NCBI GenBank assembly: GCA_031835245.2
Contig: JAVKOQ020000083.1
Coordinates: 1 to 64,000, forward strand
DNA length: 64,000 nucleotides
Direction: 5' to 3'
From: Balamuthia mandrillaris
Taxonomy: Eukaryota
Shown here in pieces: positions 39,422 to 50,982 of this stretch. Each line of letters begins with the position of its first letter. Position 1 is the stretch's first letter. A program made the position numbers and the translations under genes. Below the pieces are notes generated by a model, which had not been told where the DNA came from, made no database searches, and worked only from the letters and a program-made list of their open reading frames with translations.

Positions 39422-42400
39422 TCATTCCAACCCAAAAGGAACCAGCACGAAGGTGGAGGCCTCTCCTGTAATGGCTTCGTGTGATGTGGAAGGAACCACA
39501 CTTGGCCTCGTCTTATCACTGGTAACAATGCTGCTTCCATCAGACGAGAGCAACCGCGCCGAAAGTTGTGCGGCAATGGACCGTCCTTCACCAATTATCT
39601 CCAGTTTAAATATCTCATTTTCGGAGTCTTCCTCAGTTGCAACTTTCTGTTGTTGATTTTTGAAAGAAGAAAAAAAACGAAAAGAGAGTGAGCGATACAA
39701 ACTCTCCGATCATTACGGACAAAAGAGAAAAATAGAGACCTGGCCCGAGATGCGCAGCGCATCCTCCTCGAACTGCCAGCGCCTCTTTCCCTGCATGCTT
39801 TTACTGGAGATCGTGACCATAAAGCCCTCGTCGAACACTTCCACCAGGGACATGCTTTGCAGGTTCATCCAGCGGCCGTAAGCTAGCGTGTTCCCTATTA
39901 CCGTTGTTGTTGCTATGTACTTGCCGTTTGTACTTGAACGCACAGCCACCTACGTCCATCATGACGAGGCACCATCAGCATTATGTACGAGAGAGATAAA
40001 GAGAGAGAGAGAGACCTTGAGGTTCACTTTGAATACCCGTTTGTAGGCTTCGTTTGTAACAAGAAATAGTTTTCCTTCGTTGTCCATGCCAACGTATTTA
40101 CCTTGCTTTACACTTTTCAGGGCAATACCGCCCTGAGACTGGACTTCAACTGAGTATTGGCCGTGGGTAAGTCGGCACCATTCAAGAACATGTTTGAAAA
40201 AAGAAACAATGGAGAAAATGTTTACCTTCAAACAGATGAGCGGTGTCACCCAATGCTTGGATAGAGAGAATATCAGCTTTTAGAAATCCGTCGTTGCCCA
40301 CCATTACATAGCTGCATGAATATTCAAGTTCAACACATACGTAACCTAAATGAGAAAAATATTTGTGCCAAGAAGACAAAGACAACAACAAACCATGCAA
40401 GTTCTGCTGCAGAGCGCAGAGATAGATGTTGGCCGTCCCATTCAGGAATGAACAACTCTCGTTTCGTGAGCCAGCAGTTGATCGGATTGTTGTATTGGTA
40501 TTTACATGCAACCTCCTGGCCTTCCACTTGAATGTATTTATCAGTATCTGCAGAGCGAAAGGCAACCTACAAAAACAACCAATGATTTGAATAAAGCGAA
40601 AACAGAGGAGTAAATGGAGAAGAGGAGCATGCCAAATTTACCCTACAAAAACGGCGTAGGAGAAGAAGAGATAGGGATGTTTCTTCTGTAGCGGTGCCCA
40701 ATTTCTTGCGAGTCTTGCTGTCAGGAAGAGGGGGTTTGTTCTTATGGGTCCAAGCCAGAGTGCTGGCATCCTCTTGGAAAAGACCCGTATGATGCATAAT
40801 AGTAAAGGTCTGCGTGGCAGGTTTGCTGCCAGCAGCAGCCCTTTGTGGTCGCGGGATGAAGGCGCTTCTGCTGCTTCCCACTCCACCCGTTGCTGTTACT
40901 GCTAGTGGGAAAGCAGGGCGAGCTACAGGAAAAGCAGAAGCTGCATTGGTTGAAGAGGGAACAGCTGAGGGAGGAGCTGTTAGCGGCGAATCGGCTAACG
41001 GACGCTGCTGTCTCCGTCCATGTGTTATACAACCCACGTTATAGGCTGCGCACACTATATCTTGCTGCTGAAACATGGTGCTATTGTTCGTTGTTGATGT
41101 AGTTGAAGGTGGTGGTGGTGTCATTGGCCGGCGTGGTAGCATTGACGCTTGAGGGTGGTGATAATTGTTGGAGTGGCCATTTGAGGAAGCGGAACTGGAG
41201 GAAGTGGAGGAATAGGCGGAGGTGGAGGAAGAAGAAGCAGATGGAGAGGAAATTGGTGTTCTGGAGTGGGTTGATCGAGAAGAAAGAATAGGGCTAGCAA
41301 CTTGAGCAAGCCTGCTCACAATAAAATCGTCCTCCTCCGAGCCGCCATCCTCAAAGAAGAAGGAAAAGTTAGTGATGAACATTTCCATAAGCTTAAGAGC
41401 TATCGGAGAGTCTTGCAAAGAAGCTGACATGGCCATCAACCTTTGTACGTCCTCTGCGCCACCCATAGTAGCAGTAGGTTGGGATGAAGCTGAAGAAGTA
41501 ATGTTTAGTGTATTGGTGGCAGCAGTAATGTTGGCACTGATGCCCGTCGCAAACTTGCCGAGAATACCTTTCCCAGCACCACCAAATGAAGCTGACGACG
41601 CGGATGAAGAACCTGTTGCAGAGGAAGAAGACGCAGGAGGAGAAGGTAGCTGAACGGTTGTTGGGCTTTTGAGAATGGAGGGAGCAAATACTATAGCCAA
41701 GTTGTTGGCCGTCATTTTGTTGAGGTGGGATTGGTTGTTGACCCGCACCAATATCCGCGTTAGCACTTTAGTGCATTTGTAGTTTATGGGTGGTAGCATC
41801 TCCATCACGGCCTTCACTTTCTCTAAAGACACCTTTTTGTCCGGTATTGCTGTTTGTCCGTTTGAAAATAAATGAATAAACAATGAATAACAAGAAAACG
41901 ACAAAAGAAAAGAAAGAAGAGAGAAAGGCGTACAGGCAGCAGCGAGAAACATGTCATAGAGCTCAAAGGTCAAGAGTGGTTCTGGCAGACTTCGAAAATA
42001 GAGCTTAAAGAGGCCAGCTACCACATGTGGGTCCTTCTCTTGGTTAAGGTCTGGCGTCTCTCCTTTATTATTTTTTTATGTTGTGTCTTGAAGATCAGAA
42101 AAAGAACAGAACAGAACAGAACAGAACAGAACAGAACAGAACAGAACAGAACAGAACAGAACAGAACAGAACAGAACAGAACAGAACAGAACAGAACAGA
42201 ACAGAACAGAACAGAACAGAACAGAACAGAACAGAACAGAACAGAATTATCATTATAGGCGATAGCGTTACAAACCCCTATCGAACCTCTCCTTCAACTC
42301 CACGATGCGAGTATGCGTGCCCGAAATACGAAAGAAGCCTTCCTCCTTGTAGCTATCTAATAATGCGGGGAGGGAGAGCACAACACGAAGAAAAGAAAGT

Positions 42401-42682
42401 GGAGGGTTGGCTTTTCGTTTTGGGAAAAGGTTTGGAAGAGAGGGGAAGCGGCGAGAGGAAGCCCGAGCTACCATGCTTATCAAAGTATTCCTTGCTGAGG
42501 CGAACGACGGGAGGCACATGCGTGGCCGTTGGCTCCAACGACCTACCAAATACCAAGCCGCTGGTGGTGGCGGCAGCCGCTCCTGTCCCTGTTCCTCCCC
42601 CGCTGTTGCCGGCGGTTATGGTGGCCAACCTGCGCCCCCACTTTTGTAGCCCTTCCTTCGCCCCGCCGAATGCCTCCTCCAT
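39422..42682 (-). CDS. RhoGAP-domain protein with S/P-rich linker and C-terminal fascin-like beta-trefoil repeats
   Basis: VFGRSLE, VPPVV, EEGFFRISG (Arg finger), DPHVVAGLFKLYFRSLPEPLLTFELYD and NKMTANNLAIVFAPSILK. C-terminal repeats VALRSADTDKYIQVE, IALKSVKQGKYVGMD and VAVRSSTNGKYIAT. Confidence 0.88.
42103..42247. repeat. (AGAAC)n pentanucleotide microsatellite inside a RhoGAP intron
   Basis: Perfect tandem AGAAC of about 145 nt, reading (GTTCT)n on the sense strand. Confidence 0.97.
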
Positions 42683-43131
42683 CAAACTCGTGCGTTAACG
42701 CGGGGGAAAAGTCGTTGCTTGCTTTCTTTTTTTTCGGTTTGCGGCAGGCACCACGCCAGGCCTCCTGCCCTTCTATAATAATAATAATAATATATTATGT
42801 ATGTGCTTCTTTTTTTTATTTGTTCGTTCTTCCCCGTAATAATTTATCGTGAATACAACTTATTATTAATTATTATTAATTATTATTTATTATTATAAAT
42901 AATTTATTTTCCATTTTTTTTGGTGCAGTTGTTGGTCAGCTTTTGCGCTGCATTTGAGCACCCCCAAGTGTCGGCAAAATAAACGGTACCACAAAAGGCA
43001 ATTTCGTCGACAAAACAGAAAAAAAAGAAAAAGAGAAAGTAAAGGACCTCTCTCCCCCGCCGCCTCCTCCTTGGCTGTTGCTGTTGCTCTTGCCCCCCCC
43101 CCCATTATAACCCTTATTCACCGTACCCACC

Positions 43132-43272
43132 ATGCCAAAGTCTTCGACTCTATTCGGTTGGTATCCTTTTAAAGCTGCTTTTCTATAAGCCTACTAATAC
43201 ATTTTTATTTATTTTTTTGTGTTTGGTGTGCAGTGTGGCGTAGCCCCTTCTTCTTCATCTTTGCTTCCTCCT

Positions 43273-43312
<40 letters not shown>

Positions 43313-44181
43313 CCCCCCAAATTTTATTTTCAGTTGTTGTTGTTGTTTTGTTCTTCTTCTCTAAAGCGCTGGTGCTTCTGTATGCATAACTGCCCAACAA
43401 ATAGGCTGGTATTCTCAGCGCTGACCCTCGCATTGGGGCTCACCATGAACTTGGTGGCTTGCATCCTGTGGAAGAACTGGTACCCCATCATCGTTGGTAA
43501 CGCTCCCATCGCACCCCCTTTTTTTTCTTTGTAGCTGTGTACCACCCCTCTATCCCTTTCCCTCTTCTCTCGTTTTTTTCTCTCTGTGACCACTGTGGTG
43601 GTGGTGGTGCACTTGCCTTACCTTTTTTTTTTTTGTTTTTGCGTGCGTTTAGCTGTAGTATTCTTGCTGGCTCCTCTCCCCAACATCATTTTTCATGCTT
43701 GCACGGAACCTGACACCATGGCCTTCATTGAAGGTCCCCAAAAGTACTTAAGTCACATCCACCTTCCTGATCCTCTGTCTCTATTCTTTGTTCTTGTTTC
43801 GTTCTTCTCGTCTTCCCATTAATACGGTCATCATCATATGGCTTAACAACAAACGGTGTATTTATGGTGGTGATGGACAAAATAGGAACTGGCAGGACAT
43901 GGGATACTTTTTGACCGGCTTTCTTTTGGTATTCGGCATTGGTTTACCGCTTATCTTCATCCATGCCACCATCGTACTTGCTCTTCTCTCTCGCGCTTTC
44001 TCTCTCTCTCTCTCTCTCTCTTTCTTCAACGCCAACTGATTACCATAAATGATCCCTCAAAACAAAGATCGAGGTGCTGCCCATGGTGTTGTGCTTGATA
44101 GGAGGTTTGGTGACATACAGCTCCATCGAGACATACGTGCAGTTCTTCCATCGCAGGCGAGAGGAGGCCGATGTCTTCTGA
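43132..44181 (+). CDS. VPS55: Vps55/OB-RGRP (LEPROT-like) four-TM endosomal protein
   Basis: Spliced LVFSALTLALGLTMNLVACILWKNWYPIIVAVVFLLAPLPNIIF...NWQDMGYFLTGFLLVFGIGLPLIFIHATII...IGGLVTY; TGA at 44179-44181. Confidence 0.92.
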
Positions 44182-44418
44182 TCAGGATCATGAGAAGCCC
44201 TCCCCATCGCTTGAATGTGCCACATGAAGAGGAAGGCACTCCGATTCAGAGCGATGGTGGTTGTGGTTATTGTACATACACGTGGTGCGGCGCCACCGAT
44301 CCCTTTCTTGTTGCGAACATCTCTTTTTCTATTTTAAAATTATTCGGAGAAATCAAAATATTTCCTGGAAAAAATTACAAAAGGCAAAAAAAAGTGTAAC
44401 CAAAAAAGTGAAGAAGAG

Positions 44419-45411
44419 ATGCGGCGCAGCACACCCTCCTCGAACCCTTCCGAATGTGAAGAAGAGACCGTAGTATGCGCAGAAGACAGCAACGTAGCGG
44501 GGCAAGCCTCGGAATCGCTGTTACAAACCTTTTTTCATGATTTACACGTTTTGGCCGAGCAGTACGTTTGGCTGAGCTTTTACTTTCTTCTTTCTCCTCC
44601 TTCCTTCCTTCTCTTCTTTCTTCTTCTTCTTGTTCTTCTTCCATACTCTTGTGTAACTTGGTGGTTCTTTCTCCAAGGACTCCATTCGACGTCACTCAGG
44701 AAATCAACAAACGGCCAAAGCCGCAAGAGAAGGAAGAAGACCTGATCCGGCGTGTGCTCTACCGCCTTGAACACATGTACGCCCACATGCAGAAGCAGCT
44801 CCTCTTGTGGAAGGAGGAGCTCAGCACCCAACTTGACGGGCGTCTGCACCCAGAAAATGCAAAAGCCGATGCACACCAAATAATGTCGCTTGAGGGAGAG
44901 ATCAGCCCGGAGCGGTTGGACCGGTTCAAGTCGGAGGTGGTGTGGTATGTGCAGCGGTTGAAAGGCACCATAGAAAAGTTGATGAGGGGCTCTCTGTTGG
45001 GTATGCCCGAGAAGAACGGTCAAACCTTGAAGCAAGAAATTATGGAAAGCGGTATGCTGAACTCTCTTCTTTCTTCCTGGTTCTCTTCTCCCTTCTCTGC
45101 TTCTCTGTTCTCACTATCTCTTCTCTGTTCTCGCTCTTATGTGCTTGATTATAACAACCAGGAATATCGTTTCCTCTGCCCGAACGCGAGGAAGAAGAGA
45201 GCCACGAAATAGGAATACCGAACGCAGAGCTTTCATTGTATGGGGGCGCTCAATACGAACGTTGCTTGGATGAGTTTGAATGGGCAGTTAGAAGTACTTC
45301 TTTTCCACGGGTGTCAGTGCATGAGACTGCGTCCTGCATGAGCATGGTGACTAGAGGCTTCCGAAACAGCGCTCCTCCCAGCATAGAAGCTGCGGTACAA
45401 TTCTTCGCCTC

Positions 45412-45457
<46 letters not shown>

Positions 45458-48400
45458 GACCCTCATGGATGATATGGTGTGGTACTGACCATTGTCATCG
45501 CTGATGCCACAGAGCAGTGAAATAGTACACATCAAAACGCAAAAGATACTGCTGCCTTTGGCTGAGGTGGTGCTGCAACGCTGTAAGTTTGTGTTAAAGC
45601 GAGTATTTGACATTGCTGTTGAGGTGATAAACTTGGAGATGGTGCGTCATGCTCGTTTGCCATCATCAAAGACGGACGGCCACCAGCAACAACGAAGAGA
45701 AAAGGAAAAAGAAGGATTCAACGAACATGAGATGTTTGATGAACACAACGAGCATGAGAGCTGCTCGGCAGTAACCGTCGGCTTCTACGATGGCCTCATA
45801 GAGGAACTCAAATTGTGCTTCTACGCCTTTGTAGATAAGCTGGGCTGCAAATGCGAGGAACAGTTCCAAGATGGATTTAGGAACTTGAGCCGCTTTGTAG
45901 ACTGGGACTTGATGAACAATATTCCTTCTGGAGTAAGCTCGTATGTATTGATATTTGTTATTTGTTTGACTTCAGACATCCAGTGGTTAATCACTGAGGC
46001 GGTGTAGGGATCATCTTCTTCATCCAAGCCCTGAGGAAACAAAGCAAAGAGTACTGATGCTGATGGAAGGCACCTCAGTCTCTCAAGATGGTGCAGCTTC
46101 TGGACGTCAGACTAGAGCTGAAACTACTCATGAAAACATTGTAAAAGCTTGTCAAATGCTGTTTAGGGGAATTGGCTTCTTCTTCATGAAGTACACGCGC
46201 TGCAAGTTGAATTCCTTTCTGCTGTATCCTATGTATGTACTTAGCTTTTTTTTTTCATGATAGCTAAGCGTTTTATGTTGCTTACTTGATATCAGCTTCC
46301 ACAATTTGGGAGAGGAATTTATGGAGTACGTATTTCGGATAAGTGATGAACGCTACAGGCAGATACTCCACGAAGGACAGCAACAAATGTTTGAGCGGCT
46401 GAACAAGCTTGGACCGTTTTTTGCAGGACCCACTGCCAAATTTCACACGAACAAGCTCATCCTCCAAAAGTGGCACTTGTACACTATTACCTTTGTATCT
46501 ATTTCCTGCATTCTTTTGAGGACTCTAATGACTGTAATCAACACAGGAAAACAATGCAAAAGAGGAGTGGGGTGGTGTCAGCAGACCCATTGCTAGAGGA
46601 GCGGCGCACAGTAAGAACCCGTCAAACCGATGTATCCAGTCAAAGCCAGCCGCCAGAAGATGTACTTCACAGGCAGCAGGAGCGACAGGCCAAAGAACGA
46701 GACTCCATGCGAAAAAAAGAACAAGTCCAGCAGGCACGAGCGTTGGAAACACAAAGGGATCGAGTACGAGAACAAGCGAGGGAACAAGAGCAAGCAAGAC
46801 TCCGTGTGTTGCGAGAACAAGAGCTAGAAAGAGAACGGAAGCAAGAGCAAGCAAGAGAGCGAGCACTGAGAGAACAGGAGCGAGAAAGAGAACGGCAAAA
46901 CACGCGAGAATTAGATAAAGAGCGAGAGAGAATGCGAGAACTGGAACTTCAGAGAGAACGACAGCAAGCAAGAGAGCGAGCACTGAAAGAACAAGAGCGA
47001 GAAAGTGAACAGGAAAAAGCCAGAGAACAAGAACACGAACGAGAGAGAATGCGAGAACTGGAACTTCAGAGAGAACGAGAGCGCGAGCACCAGAAGAGAG
47101 AACGAGAGGAAGCGAGAGCGCGAGCACTTAAGGAACAGGAGCTAGAAAGCGACCGGGAAAAAGCTAAGGAACGACACAAAGAACAAATGCAAGAACTTGA
47201 AATACAGAGAGAACGAGAAGAACAAGAAAGACTTCGAAACCGAGAACTAGAGAGATTACGAGACGAACAAGCAAAGGAACAAGAAAGAACACAGCAGAGA
47301 GAATTAGAAATACAAAGATTGCGAGAAGAACGAGCTAGAGAAGAGGAAAGAATTCGACTGAGAGAAGCGGAAATTCAAAGAGAGCAAGAAGAACGAGCAA
47401 GAGAAGAGAAAGCGATACGACATAGAGAATTGGAAATTCAAAGAGAGCAAGAAGAACGAGCTAGAGAAGAGGAAATAATTCGACAGAGAGAAGCGGAAAT
47501 GCAAAGAGAACGAGCAGAACAAGCAAAGGAACGGGAGAGTATACAACGGAGAGAAATGGAAATCCAGAGAGAACGAGAAGAACAGGCAAGAGAACAAGAA
47601 AGAATTCGAGAACTGCAAATACAACAAGAGCAAGAAGAAAGAGAAAGAATACGAGCGAGAGAACTAGAAGCAAAGAGAATACAAGAAGGACGAGCGAGAG
47701 ATCAGGAAATAATACGAAACCAACAAAGAATTGAGGAACTAGAAATACAACATGAACAAGCTGGAGCACAGGAGCAACAACAAGAGAGACAACTAGCAAG
47801 AGAACAAGAGCAAGCACGAGAACGGCAAGAGCAAGAACGAGAAAGAGAAAGAAAACGCGAGCAAGAAAGACAACACGAACAAGCAAGGCAATGGGAACTA
47901 GAACAAATTGTACAACAACAAGAACTGGAGCAAGAGAGAGAAAGAGAACGAACACAGAGCGAGAGAAAACGTGAGCCTGAAATACCAAGTGAACAAGAAC
48001 ACCAAAAAGAGGGAAAAGGAGAACGTGAACGGAAGCGAGGGCGAAATCTTTTTGAGCCGGAACAAGCACAGAAACAAGAGAGAGCAACAGACGTGGGACT
48101 TCGCATGGAACAAGAGGTCACTAGCGAGCAACACCCAGGTGGACCAGAAGTAGTGGAGCAAGAAAGCGAACGGAGAAGCATTCAACAACAAGACCAAAAA
48201 CGTGTCGAAACACACCCGAAAGCACTAACGCAAGAACAAGAACTTGAAGAGCGGAAGGAAGACGCCGATGTAAAGCAACAGGAACAAGAGCAAATTGATG
48301 ACAAGGAAAAACCTCAAACCTCCTCGCCAATGCAAGCGTCAGATGATGAAAACCTCTTCGTTCTTGGGGAGTGGGATGAACAAATAACTCCATCCAAGGA

Positions 48401-50272
48401 CGCTTCGTTCTCACTGTCCTCCCAGGAGATTAACAGTTCTCCGCTCACTTCCTCAACTCCCTCTGAACTGCAGTCTGGAACTCCCAACACAGGCAGCCTC
48501 CTTTCCCAACTTTCGCAGATCTCTCAACTCTCTCAATTGGCAGATGCGGAGGCAGAGGAAGAGCTTGTCTCAGAAGATGACGAAGAGAAGCAGTCTCAGC
48601 AAGAAAGGCACGTTCTACTCCCAGAAGGTATGCCGAAACAGGACAAGTTTCGAACGACAAATATTGCAACTGAAAAAGTGGAAGAGCGAGAAGACGTCAA
48701 CAAAGAATTAAGAAAGGATGTTACAAGTGACCTCGTGAATCGGGTAGATGAAGGAGAAGATAAAGCGAAAGAAGACGAAGAGGAGGCAGAACTTTCTGCA
48801 CGTTCCCCGCCACTGTCTCCTTTGCTTCCTTCACAGCCGTTATCGCTGGAGGAATCTGAACCAGGATCTCAGCTGCTAGCCCCTGACAGTCAGCCACCCA
48901 TTTTGCCCGAGAACTTTTCTCCGTTAAGCAGCCCTATCACCACCAGCGATAGCGGCCCTTCCCTTCCTCCACCGCCGCCTAACACTGAATTGGAAAGTTT
49001 GGAAGAGGAAGAAACCCGGTTCCTGGACTCAGATAAGCGACGCAAATCTATCCTCACTGCCTCTCCTTCGTCGGAAACCAGCAGCGCTAGTGTTGGTGGT
49101 CGTGGTACTGAGGGTGGAAGCAGTAGCAAGGGAGGCAATGGCGCTAAACCAGACAAGCACCTGCGAGCAGCATTTTCAAAATGGGTTGGTGGTTCGCAGC
49201 TGGAGAAGATTTTACGAGGAGCCGGCTCTCATCCGGTCGATGCTGACGAACAAGAAAGCGAAGAGTTTGCAGAGACGAAGAGCCCTCGCAAAGCACAAAG
49301 AGAGAACCTGAAAGAAACCAACTCCCGAAGAAAACCTGCACAAACAACCTCTGACCAGAGCAAAGGCATCACATCTTCACCGCCAAATGACAAACAGCAT
49401 TCAGCGATAAGTGAGCCGCAGTTGCAACGCCACGACTCTTCAGAAGACTTTCAGGATGCGAAGACACCCCTTCAAAAACGACAGCGAAAACGGACTGCCG
49501 GCACCCCTCATAGCAAACACAAAAAGCGAGAGAGGCAAAGTAGGCCGGGCGGAGAAGGCAGCTCAACCTCTGAGATATCCGAAGCAGAGGATGAGGAAGA
49601 AGAAGAAGAAAAAGAAGGAGATGAAGACGAGGGAGGGAAAGCTGCCAACAAAAGCAGAAATACTCCTGAAAAACGTAAATTATCGGAACGACACGAGCCA
49701 ACAGAGCCCTCCAGCAAAGCGGCTCGATTGCAGACCAACAGCACTGACAACTCGAAGAGGGATCCCAAAATGGAATTGGCCGTGTTCTCCCCCTCTAAAG
49801 CAAAGCTTTCCAAGAAAAGCAACAGCTACTGTTCTCTGTTCGAGCCTACCGCTGAAGAGGAGAACAAACTCCAGCGAACAAGCGAGCCTACCAAAAAACG
49901 GCGGCTCTCCATGTCACCACCATCCCTTCGTCAATCTACAAATGCCTCCAAAGACACACCAAGACCCTCTAAAAAACAAAAGCATCCATCTTCTTCTCCT
50001 CCTGACGAAAGTCATGAACCCCACAAACAGAAAAAAAGCAAAGAGGAAGATGGAACACCTGTAGCACCTAATGTCGCTGTAAGAGGTTACCTGCTAAGCA
50101 CCTGCCTGACAGCTCGCCAGAGCCAAATCTTCATGGCAATGGTCCGCAACCATCCGGAGTTCAAGTTGGCCAAACAGCAGTGGGAAATACAGGCCACTCA
50201 CCTGGTTGTTGGAGAGAAAAAGCGCACTGTAAAAGTTCTCAAAGCATTGGCTTTAGGACTTTGGTATGATTG

Positions 50273-50313
<41 letters not shown>

Positions 50314-50767
50314 AGTATGTCGCGTAGCTGATTGAAAATTCATAGGGTTGTGTCTTTTGATTGGGTACTAGAGTCAAAGAAAGCTGGGAAATGGCTTCCT
50401 GAAGAACCGTTTGAGCTGGTAACCGAGTTCCCAAGCAGCATGGCTTCAAGGCTAAACCGAACGAACCAAGCTGAGGCTCCTGGTTTGTTCTTTGGGAAGA
50501 TATTTTATGTACATAGGCCTATCAACACTCCACCAGAGACGCTCGCCTCCCTTATTGAATTAAGTGGTGGCGTGGTTCGCATTCACATCCTTTTTATTTT
50601 ATGTTCCAAGGTGATGTATTAACTACTCTTTGTCAGATCGGGCAAACCGCGGCTGAGAGCGATTACTGCATTCGGCACAGAGATACTCCCAATCTGCCTC
50701 CTGTCACGGAAGCCACGCCCCGCCCACACACCATCACTGAAGCTGTACGTTTCGGAAGCCACTTCTC

Positions 50768-50806
<39 letters not shown>

Positions 50807-50874
50807 TCTAATGTTATTTTTAGACGTTGTTGGATTGCATTGTAGCTTTTCGTCTGCCTCATCAATTAGCTTAG
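44419..50874 (+). CDS. DRP5/Dlp-type dynamin stalk-like region without GTPase domain + E/R/Q coiled coil + disordered region + tandem BRCT (MCPH1-like)
   Basis: LMRGSLLGMPEKNGQTLKQE and IPNAELSLYGGAQYERCLDEFEWAV resemble the DRP5A/ARC5/Dlp middle region. A 3.7-kb exon encodes the coil and disordered region. ATHLVVGEKKRTVKVLKALALGLWVVSFDWVLESKKAGKWLPEEPFEL and LASLIELSGG...TLLDCI form a BRCT pair. TAG at 50872-50874. Confidence 0.75.
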
Positions 50875-50982
50875 CGCACCAAGTTTTGTTCTGCAAAGAA
50901 TTTTGTTTTAATGTAAAGAATGTTGCTCTCCTTATTTCATTTGTTTGGGCAAAGAAAAGTGGTTTTGTCCACTATGAGTTTG

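Noticed and set aside
42025..42258. RTEQN-repeat ORFs / possible repeat array
   Set aside because: A simple (AGAAC)n microsatellite antisense to a RhoGAP intron. It has no spacers, so it is not CRISPR.
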